A DNA stretch of 34,711 nucleotides from Candidatus Moraniibacteriota bacterium (GTDB lineage: Bacteria > Patescibacteriota > Minisyncoccia > Moranbacterales > UBA1568). Numbering within the stretch: the first letter of the stretch is position 1; the number at the start of each line of letters is the position of its first letter. This document shows, in pieces, positions 27,507 through 34,711 of the stretch. Location of the stretch: positions 1-34,711 of the forward strand of contig JBAWZR010000003.1 of the NCBI GenBank assembly GCA_037142915.1, given 5' to 3'. Position numbers and translations under genes: made by a program. The notes under the pieces are model-generated. The model ran no database searches. It worked only from the letters and a program-made list of their open reading frames with translations, and was not told where the DNA came from.

Positions 27507-27544
27507 ACCTCACCCCAGCCCTCTCCTCATCTCAGGAGAGGGGG
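27507..27544. repeat. Second-type REP-like hairpin (acctcaccccagccctctcc...ggagaggg)
   Basis: ccctctcct/aggagaggg stem with a C-rich 5' tail. Confidence 0.55.
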
Positions 27545-27556
27545 AAATACAAAATC

Positions 27557-27985
27557 TTATTTCCCCAAAGAAGTCATAATATCCCGCCGGTGTTCTTCTT
27601 CCTGCATCAGGATGCCTTCGAGGGTTTGGCGGATGCCATACTCGCCCAATTCGTCGGCGTTCTTGACGAGGGCTTTGTAGATCGAGATGGCTAATTCTTC
27701 ACCGGCGAGATCCTGTTCGAGCATCGTGGTCGAATTTTCAGAGACTTCGCGCTTCTCGACATCGATGGTCGGCACACCACCCAGATCATTGATGACCGTG
27801 GCGACGAGTACCGCGTGTGCCATTTCTTCATTGGCGTGAATGACGAGCTCCTTGGCGATGGCGGCATACTGCGCGCCGGTGATGGTGGCTGCGTGTTGAA
27901 CATACTGCACTGCCGCGGCGTATTCCCATTCGAGGGCCTTATTGAGATCGGCGATAAACTGTTCTTTCGTGGTAGACATAGGCAT
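27557..27985 (-). CDS. Ferritin-like/bacterioferritin family protein
   Basis: LNKALEWEYAA..QY, EEMAHA, LAGE..AI..Y and EEEH di-iron motifs. Confidence 0.9.
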   Translation of the reverse strand: MPMSTTKEQFIADLNKALEWEYAAAVQYVQHAATITGAQYAAIAKELVIHANEEMAHAVLVATVINDLGGVPTIDVEKREVSENSTTMLEQDLAGEELAISIYKALVKNADELGEYGIRQTLEGILMQEEEHRRDIMTSLGK

Positions 27986-28008
27986 AATGATTACGGGTTA
28001 GTATACAC

Positions 28009-28073
28009 AGTATAGCACAAGGAGGGGTGCTTGACTTTTTATAAAACAAAACATAAAAAGAATATGCTATACT
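28009..28073. promoter_or_regulatory. Divergent pair of identical extended -10 boxes TGCTATACT
   Basis: Minus strand 28009-28017 and plus strand 28065-28073. Confidence 0.6.
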
Positions 28074-28096
28074 GAAAATAGAATACAAAAATATCT

Positions 28097-29359
28097 ATGG
28101 CCTTGTTCGGAAAACTTTTTCAGGGAAAAGACAGTCATTTTTTGGCACTCGATATCGGTACCGAAGTCGTGAAGGCTTTGGTGTTTCAAATTGACCAAGA
28201 GGCGAGCAAAGCGATCGTCGTTGGGACTTCGCGTGTACGCCAGAAGCTGGGCAATATGGAGAGCGGTGCGGTGGCGGATATCGCCGGTGTCATCGAGACT
28301 TCGCGGGCAGCGATCACGGAGGCGTGCGCGCAGGCGAATATTCCGTCGGTACACAAGAGCATCGTCGGTATCGCCGGCGAATTGGTGAAGGGGACGACGA
28401 CGACCGTACATTATAATAGAGTGAATCGCGATCTGAGTATCGGTTTACCAGAATTAAAAACGATCGTACAAAAGGTGCAGGAGAAAGCCCTCGAACGCAT
28501 CCAGCAGGAATTGGCGGCGGAAACAGGACAATCGGAAATCGATATTCAACTTATCAACGCGATGATAGTCGATGTGCGTATCGACGGCTATCGGGTGCGC
28601 AATCCTCTGAATTTCAAGGGTGGTGATGTATCAATGGGCGTGTTCAATGCCTATGCGCCTACGTTGCATCTCGAGGCGTTGCGGACGATCGCTTCGGATT
28701 TGCATTTGGAACTCTTGACGATCGCGGCCGAACCGTATGCGGTGGCGCGTTCGATCGAGGTGGATGACGCTCTGGATTTCAGTGCGATTTTTATCGATAT
28801 CGGTGGCGGGACGACGGATATTGCCGTGGTGCGACATGGAGGATTGGAGGGCACGAAAATGTTTGCGCTTGGTGGTCGTGCTTTTACCAAACGCCTGGCG
28901 CAGGAGTTGGGTGTTTCATTTGATGAGGCAGAAAATATCAAATTGCAATACGCGTGGGGCAAAGTCAGCCCTGAGGACACCGAGCGAATGAACGCTTTTT
29001 TTGCCGAGGATTGCAATCTGTGGCTCTCGGGCGTGGAGTTTGCTTTGGCAGAGTTTTCGACGAATGATTTATTGCCGACGAAAGTTTTCCTCTGTGGCGG
29101 TGGTTCTGGTCTCCCTGGGATCAAGACGGCTCTGCAATCGGTCGAGTGGAGTTCTCATTTGCCTTTTGCCAAACCGCCAGTGATCGGGTTTCTCCAGCCT
29201 AAGGACATCACGGGCGTCGTTGATATGACCGAGACGCTGTGTAACTCTCAGGATATCACGCCGATGGGATTGGCGAATCTTTTGGTACATTTCGAGAACG
29301 AGGAAAAATTGCTTGCGACGATGTTACGGAAAACTGTGGAAAATATCCAACATCATTAA
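28097..29359 (+). CDS. FtsA-like actin-fold ATPase
   Basis: LALDIGTEVVKA, AEPYAVA, IDIGGGTTDIA, EAENIK and LCGGGSGLPGI motifs. Confidence 0.88.
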   Translation: MALFGKLFQGKDSHFLALDIGTEVVKALVFQIDQEASKAIVVGTSRVRQKLGNMESGAVADIAGVIETSRAAITEACAQANIPSVHKSIVGIAGELVKGTTTTVHYNRVNRDLSIGLPELKTIVQKVQEKALERIQQELAAETGQSEIDIQLINAMIVDVRIDGYRVRNPLNFKGGDVSMGVFNAYAPTLHLEALRTIASDLHLELLTIAAEPYAVARSIEVDDALDFSAIFIDIGGGTTDIAVVRHGGLEGTKMFALGGRAFTKRLAQELGVSFDEAENIKLQYAWGKVSPEDTERMNAFFAEDCNLWLSGVEFALAEFSTNDLLPTKVFLCGGGSGLPGIKTALQSVEWSSHLPFAKPPVIGFLQPKDITGVVDMTETLCNSQDITPMGLANLLVHFENEEKLLATMLRKTVENIQHH

Positions 29360-29364
29360 AATTT

Positions 29365-31479
29365 ATGCGCCAAGTATTTTATATAGAATCAGATGAGGAG
29401 ATACTTTCCGTGGTCGATCGGCTGCGGGTTTCTCGTGCCGATGAAACTGTTTTTGTATTTCCGCAGGGAGCTCTGGTTTTGCGGAGCATTGTTAATCTCT
29501 ACCTATTCGATCGAGAAGCAAAAAAACGAGGGAAACGAGTGACGATCGTGACACAGGACGAGATGGGGACGACGATGGCAGAAAAGGTCGGCATCCCCGT
29601 GCAAAATCAACTGGAAAAAAACGAGGATGATGTTTCTGGTGGTACGATACTCCAACGGGAAACGGAGCAACAGTGGGTTTATCCGCGCGCCGAAGCGATC
29701 GCTCCATCAAATACACCTTCTCGTATAGTGGGTACCGAGGATTTTTTTGGGAGTCAACAATTAGCACCAGATATACCTCCGCCAGCAACTATTTCATATC
29801 CCGTTTCTCCTCGACCGGAACCATTACCCACTCCAGCGATTCCTCGAGAAACTCTTTCGGCGCCTCTGGCACAAAATTTTTCTCGACCAGCGGGAATACA
29901 AACTGACAGTGTACGGAGGGTTGAGGTGAGGGATCGTAGTCCTCAATATCTCACCGCTTTGAATTCACAGCTGCAGGCAGAGGCGGATCGTCCGTCGCCA
30001 CCACCGATGCCGATATCAATCCCGACACCACTTCCATTAACTTTGCCGACCCAAGATCAGCGCGCTTTCCAATCGCCTACGCCCGCGACAGTTACGCCAC
30101 AGGAACAGAGCTTAGCTCGACCGGAAATTCATTTCACCCCATCAAACTTCGTGAAAGAAGCTCGGGTGTCGCAAATCCCGCAAGCTGTTTCTGGTTTTTT
30201 TGCTCCGCCAGTGAATAACTCTTCTATTCCCCAAGAGCCGACCCCCCCGAAAGTTCCCGAGAAAAAAATAGTAAAGACTGCATTTGAAGCCGGTGAATTA
30301 TCCAACAAGCCTTCGCCGGTGCGGTGGGGGAGATGGCTCGCCTTTTCATTACTTGTGTTGGTGGTGATTGGTTTGGGTACGAGTGCTTGGATATTGCTGC
30401 CGCATGTGGATATCGCCGTGACATTCAAGACGACGACCGCACAGACGGATGCCCGTTTTGCTGCTGGTAGCCCGGGATTGCCGAGTGGTCAATCACAGCA
30501 GATTCCTGTCCGTTTGATCGAAGTGGACAAAACGGTTTCCCAATCATTTCCTGCTACCGGATCGGGTGCAAAGGCTGATGGTCGAGTGCATGGACAAGTG
30601 ACTCTTTCTAATATGTACAGTGCCGATCCACAAACCCTCATTGCCACCACTCGAATTCTCTCTCCGACCGGAAAACTTTTTCGCTTGAAAGACACAGTAG
30701 TCGTTCCTGGAATGCACAGTGGTCAAGCAGGGACGATTGACACAGAAGTGGTGGCTGATCAAACTGGCTCGGAGTATGCTATTCCTGCCGGTAGTTTTAC
30801 GATTCCCGGTCTTGATGGTACACCGAAAAAGGATAAGTTTACAGTCGTGTCACATCAGGCCTTTGTGAATGGGATGACGAGTTCTGGCGCATTAGCTACC
30901 GTTTCTTCGGCAGATATCGTCAAGGCAAAACAGGCGGTCGAGAAGGCATTACGGGACGAAATCGAATCGGATGTGCGTCATCAGTTGAATAGCGGAGAAC
31001 AAATTCTCCCTGAGACCACAGAGTTGACGACTGTATCAGCCGGATCCGCTCCGTTGGTCGGTGTCGTGACGGATACATTTCAATATACGTGGCAGGCACA
31101 CGCGCGGATACTGGCTTTCTCCGAGGACTCTGTGAGATCGATGATTCGGGATCAGTTCCTCGCTCAGTCGAAGAACCAGACCAATATCACGCTTGATACG
31201 AGTGCTATGACGATTGAATACGGTCAGCCGCAGGCAGATTTGAACAAACAAACCATACAGCTGAATGTGCATGCCAAAGCGGTACTCCAGCCAGCTGTCA
31301 GTATCGACTCATTGAAGCAAGACTTTCTTGGCAAATCAAGTGGGAGTCTCGAGGCAGTAGTGGCTCGCCATCCCGAGATCGCCAATGTGGAGGTGGATTT
31401 TGGGCGGACATCGTTCTGGAAGACGATCCCATCCCGTCCCGGCCAAGTCACCCTCACGCTCAAGTATTTGGGAGAGTGA
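29365..31479 (+). CDS. Bitopic membrane protein, Pro-rich linker, extracellular domain resembling baseplate J-like proteins
   Basis: YIESDEEILSVVDRL N-terminus, Pro-rich region, TM segment, then G.VTLSN..QTLIATTRI...VVADQTGSEYAI..G.FTIPG. Confidence 0.7.
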   Translation: MRQVFYIESDEEILSVVDRLRVSRADETVFVFPQGALVLRSIVNLYLFDREAKKRGKRVTIVTQDEMGTTMAEKVGIPVQNQLEKNEDDVSGGTILQRETEQQWVYPRAEAIAPSNTPSRIVGTEDFFGSQQLAPDIPPPATISYPVSPRPEPLPTPAIPRETLSAPLAQNFSRPAGIQTDSVRRVEVRDRSPQYLTALNSQLQAEADRPSPPPMPISIPTPLPLTLPTQDQRAFQSPTPATVTPQEQSLARPEIHFTPSNFVKEARVSQIPQAVSGFFAPPVNNSSIPQEPTPPKVPEKKIVKTAFEAGELSNKPSPVRWGRWLAFSLLVLVVIGLGTSAWILLPHVDIAVTFKTTTAQTDARFAAGSPGLPSGQSQQIPVRLIEVDKTVSQSFPATGSGAKADGRVHGQVTLSNMYSADPQTLIATTRILSPTGKLFRLKDTVVVPGMHSGQAGTIDTEVVADQTGSEYAIPAGSFTIPGLDGTPKKDKFTVVSHQAFVNGMTSSGALATVSSADIVKAKQAVEKALRDEIESDVRHQLNSGEQILPETTELTTVSAGSAPLVGVVTDTFQYTWQAHARILAFSEDSVRSMIRDQFLAQSKNQTNITLDTSAMTIEYGQPQADLNKQTIQLNVHAKAVLQPAVSIDSLKQDFLGKSSGSLEAVVARHPEIANVEVDFGRTSFWKTIPSRPGQVTLTLKYLGE

Positions 31480-31486
31480 ATTGTAA

Positions 31487-31516
31487 TTGACAATCGGGTT
31501 ACCGGCAAGATACAAT
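31487..31516 (+). promoter_or_regulatory. Sigma70 promoter TTGACA-N18-TACAAT
   Basis: Located upstream of ATG 31554. Confidence 0.55.
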
Positions 31517-31553
31517 AGGTATGAATTAGACTGTAAAGAATAATAGAAATCGT

Positions 31554-31916
31554 ATGGATAAAGAAACGAAAGAATTTATAAAAGAAGAAATCGATAACTT
31601 GGCTCGAATCGTTGCCAAAGGTTTTGAGTACGCACACCAAGATCTGCAGAATGTTCGTACAGAACTTAAAACTGATATCCAAACACTCGAGGGAAAATTT
31701 ATTGAACTTGATGAAAAAGTTTCCGGACTTGATGAAAAAGTTTCCGGACTTGATGAAAAGTTGGAAACGGTCAAGATGACTGTCGAGCGTATCGATGACC
31801 GAACGCAGCGTCAGGTGGATGCAGTTTTTGGTGATATTCATATAACCAAAGATGATGTGGAGGAAGTTAAAACGGAAGTGACGCAGATCAAGGCTCATAT
31901 CGGCATGCCGGCGTAA
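31554..31916 (+). CDS. Small coiled-coil hypothetical protein
   Basis: IDNLARIVAKGF followed by heptad repeats. Confidence 0.8.
   Translation: MDKETKEFIKEEIDNLARIVAKGFEYAHQDLQNVRTELKTDIQTLEGKFIELDEKVSGLDEKVSGLDEKLETVKMTVERIDDRTQRQVDAVFGDIHITKDDVEEVKTEVTQIKAHIGMPA
31706..31759 (+). repeat. 21-bp tandem repeat, about 2.6 copies (LDEKVSG heptad)
   Basis: acttgatgaaaaagtttccgg x2 plus acttgatgaaaa. Confidence 0.9.
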
Positions 31917-31980
31917 AAGATGTTAATGTGCACAAAAAATACCCAACCAATTATGCTTCAAACAAAAACCAATGAAATCC

Positions 31981-31994
31981 AGAGAGAGAGAGAG
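31981..31994 (+). repeat. (AG)7 microsatellite at the 5' end of the surface-protein gene
   Basis: agagagagagagag. Confidence 0.9.
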
Positions 31995-32056
31995 TTAAAA
32001 GCGCTCAAAAATTAAAACCCACTACTTTTTTCAACTTTCGCTGGGAGACATTTTTT

Positions 32057-34711
32057 GTGACTCCTCGCCCTGAGTCCCGACGCGTCGGGATTTTCGTGGT
32101 TCTGGTTTTTTGTTTCGGCTTGGGATTGGGAGCGCAGGCAGATGCGGCCACTTATTATGTCGCCAATGCTGGCGATGATGCCTGCGATGGCACATCTCAA
32201 ACGATTGGTTCGTCTGGTGCTTGCGCCTGGAAGACCATCGCTCACGTCAATGCTCAGACTTTCGTCGGTGATGATCAAATTCTGTTTAACAAAGGCGATA
32301 CCTGGCGAGAGCAACTCACCGTGCCATCCTCCGGTACCTCGGGACATCCGATTACTTTCGGCGCGTATGGGAATAACGGGAATCCGAGGCCGGTGATTAA
32401 TGGATCAGACGTGGTTACGGGATGGTCTCTGGATAGTGCGCCGATATTACAGCAAATCAATGGAAATGGGTCTACAACAGACTTTGTAAATTTATTTGCT
32501 ACTGGAGTAACAAAAGGAGCTTTCTACTTTATTGCAGGATCTTCGTATTCTTTAAAGCAACTTTCCGTGCAGATGAAGCTGAATAATGGAACTCCATACC
32601 ATAATCCCATTACGGTAACAATAAATAGCGATGATGGTACTACTCACGCACCATCGACTACACTAGGCACTTCCGATGCCTATCAGCCAACGGTTGCAGG
32701 TTCTGATACTTTTTATACATGGAATTTTACAACGGGGATAGCTCTTTCAAATGGGGTTGGTTATTGGATGGTTTTAAATGGAACGGCTGATAATTCAAAT
32801 AGAGCGCTTATTTCAACAGGAACGAATGGAGGAGTAAATAGTCCATATGGTGTATATACTTACAATGGTTCTTGGATCGCATGGCCCGGTCAATCAACAA
32901 GAACTGCTTATATGCAATTATATTCTCCGGTACCGGCTAATATTTATCAGGCGAGCGTATCAGCGCAACCAAAAGCCGTATGGATTGACGGAGTATCGCT
33001 TGGGCCTCCCGTCTCCTCCCTTTCCAATCTTACTACACAAAATCAATGGTACTGGAGCGGAGGTGTTCTCTATATATATTCCACGACAGATCCTTCCGTT
33101 GGACATTCCATAGAAGCAGCGCAGAGAAGTTATTCTGTTTATATAAACCAGGTAAATTATGTAATTTTGGATGGTTTTGAATTAAAAAATGCGAATGACC
33201 GCACTGTTTATTTGAGAAATTGTACCAATGCAACACTTCAGAACTTAAAGATTCACGATGCTGTAAATCAAGGTATTATTGCCGGCATTGGAGGAGGAAA
33301 TCACACCATTCAAAATTCTGAGATATATAATTCAGCTCTCAATGGAGCTTTTGGCACGGGGAGTGCGATACAAATACAGACCACAACCTTGCCATCGTTA
33401 ATTCAAAATAACTATATTCATGATATTGGCATAAGTTCGGTAGCAGGTAATCATGCTATTTATAGTGAAAGCGGAGGAAATACTATTCGGTTTAATCGTT
33501 TCAAAAATATAATAAGTTCAACAGGAATAAAAGTTTCTGAAGCTGGTACCTTGATTTATGATAACTTGTTTGACAGTATACCAAATGGTGGTCTCTATAT
33601 TGACCCGTTTTCCAATATAAAAGTGTATAACAATACATTCTATAATACAGGAACGGCGTCTCCTTATGCCTCGGTATTATTTATTGGAGATGGTATAGCG
33701 ACCGGTGTGGAAGTAAAAAATAACATTGTCTATGTTCCAGACACGGTTCCGTATTCTGTCGGTATAATTGTTCAAACAAATGCGACAGGGTTCACGTCGG
33801 ACAATAATGATGTATATGGAGCTTGGTATGGAGAGTGGTTGGGTACTGCTTATAATAGTTTGGCGAGTTGGAATAGTGCAACAGGACAGGATGCTCATTC
33901 GAGTAACGCTGACCCAAAATTTACTATAACCGGATCCGATTTCACCCTCCAACCCACATCACCAGCCATCAACGCCGGTACCAATGTCGGTCTCACCACT
34001 GACTACGCCGGGAACCCTGTTCCGAGCGGACCACTGCCCGATATGGGTGCGTACGAATTCCAAGATACCACTGCTCCCACTACGACCGCCTCACCAGTCC
34101 AAGGCACCTACACCACGACCCAATCCGTCACCCTCACCTGCAATGACGGCTCCGGTGTCGGCTGCGACAAGACCTACTACACTACCGACGGTACCGACCC
34201 CACCACCAGCTCCACCCAGTACTCCGGAGCCATCAGCATCCCGTCCACCACCACGCTCAAGTTTTTCTCGACTGACCTGAACGCCAATCCGGAAACATTC
34301 CAGACCAAGACCTACACTATTGATGCGCTTGCCCCCACCGGAGAATCCTTCACTATCAATAGCGGTGCCACCGCAACAAATGTAACTTCCGTTACCCTCA
34401 ACATCACCTGTCCGACCGATACCTGGACACCGGTGCAGATGGCCTATGGCAATACTGCCACTCCCACCAACTGGACGAACTGCGTCACTTCACAATCCCA
34501 CACCCTGGTATCGGGTGATGGGGTAAAGACTGTGTACATCAGATTCAAAGACGGAGGAGGGAATACCACCAGTGATCTCACCCAAAACATCACGCTCGAT
34601 ACCACCAGTCCGACCAGTACACTTTCCGCCCCCACCGATGGTTCGACCGTCTACGGCACGACCACCTCAAGCTCTATCACCGTCACCGTTTCCAATGTTG
34701 CCGCTTCATCA
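32057..34711 (+). CDS. Large secreted/surface protein: parallel beta-helix, choice-of-anchor Q-like, chitobiase/Fn3-associated and Ig-like domains (3' truncated by window; not in ORF track)
   Basis: Hand-translated frame is open from 31976 to the window end. Signal ..GIFVVLVFCFGLGLGAQADA|ATYYV; AWKTIAHVN; ILFNKGDTWRE; PITFGAYG; VYNNTFYN; DFTLQPTSPAINAG..PDMGAYE; YYTTDGTDPT. Start is uncertain: GTG 32057, or ATG 31953/31972 after a repeat shift. Confidence 0.88.
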   Translation, partial: MTPRPESRRVGIFVVLVFCFGLGLGAQADAATYYVANAGDDACDGTSQTIGSSGACAWKTIAHVNAQTFVGDDQILFNKGDTWREQLTVPSSGTSGHPITFGAYGNNGNPRPVINGSDVVTGWSLDSAPILQQINGNGSTTDFVNLFATGVTKGAFYFIAGSSYSLKQLSVQMKLNNGTPYHNPITVTINSDDGTTHAPSTTLGTSDAYQPTVAGSDTFYTWNFTTGIALSNGVGYWMVLNGTADNSNRALISTGTNGGVNSPYGVYTYNGSWIAWPGQSTRTAYMQLYSPVPANIYQASVSAQPKAVWIDGVSLGPPVSSLSNLTTQNQWYWSGGVLYIYSTTDPSVGHSIEAAQRSYSVYINQVNYVILDGFELKNANDRTVYLRNCTNATLQNLKIHDAVNQGIIAGIGGGNHTIQNSEIYNSALNGAFGTGSAIQIQTTTLPSLIQNNYIHDIGISSVAGNHAIYSESGGNTIRFNRFKNIISSTGIKVSEAGTLIYDNLFDSIPNGGLYIDPFSNIKVYNNTFYNTGTASPYASVLFIGDGIATGVEVKNNIVYVPDTVPYSVGIIVQTNATGFTSDNNDVYGAWYGEWLGTAYNSLASWNSATGQDAHSSNADPKFTITGSDFTLQPTSPAINAGTNVGLTTDYAGNPVPSGPLPDMGAYEFQDTTAPTTTASPVQGTYTTTQSVTLTCNDGSGVGCDKTYYTTDGTDPTTSSTQYSGAISIPSTTTLKFFSTDLNANPETFQTKTYTIDALAPTGESFTINSGATATNVTSVTLNITCPTDTWTPVQMAYGNTATPTNWTNCVTSQSHTLVSGDGVKTVYIRFKDGGGNTTSDLTQNITLDTTSPTSTLSAPTDGSTVYGTTTSSSITVTVSNVAASS

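Noticed and set aside
29365-31479. Prophage or contractile injection system suggested by the baseplate-like domain
   Set aside because: No other phage or tail genes are present, and the protein is membrane anchored in a housekeeping context.
32142-34635. Short ORFs in the track suggesting a fragmented or pseudogenised region
   Set aside because: Hand translation shows one uninterrupted plus-strand frame to the window end; the short ORFs are off-frame or antisense.

Overview
Chromosomal segment from a bacterium that uses code 11. It is most likely a Patescibacteria/CPR Parcubacteria member, inferred from the gene set and the SD-less core genes. Core genes, in order: atpA-atpG-[antisense orphan]-atpD-atpC, DUF4349-like, leuS, a GIY-YIG nuclease, a sugar-phosphate nucleotidyltransferase, glmS, yvcK/glmR, ndk, tRNA-Pro(GGG), a PP2C-like/beta-propeller membrane protein, pgi, murI, a small membrane ORF, ftsB-like, a PrsA/SurA foldase, a membrane protein, kup, an RRM protein, a ferritin-like protein, an FtsA-like ATPase with a large membrane partner, a coiled-coil protein, and a large beta-helix surface protein that runs off the window. 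Four things stand out. (1) A 97-aa GIY-YIG gene sits between 40-bp inverted repeats. These belong to a family of TGTCAT...ATGACA palindromic repeats found at six loci in the window, one of them translated in frame inside LeuS. This is a candidate nuclease-plus-REP mobile system. (2) Several unrelated short GC-rich palindromes are inserted in frame in AtpA, LeuS (three more) and the surface protein. (3) An (AG)7 tract puts two upstream ATGs of the surface-protein gene out of frame, which suggests phase variation. (4) Four AT-rich orphan genes each have their own SD and terminator, and most have a recognisable promoter. One is transcribed antisense inside the atp operon from a perfect TTGACA-N17-TATAAT promoter. 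All family assignments come from motif recognition by eye, not from database searches.
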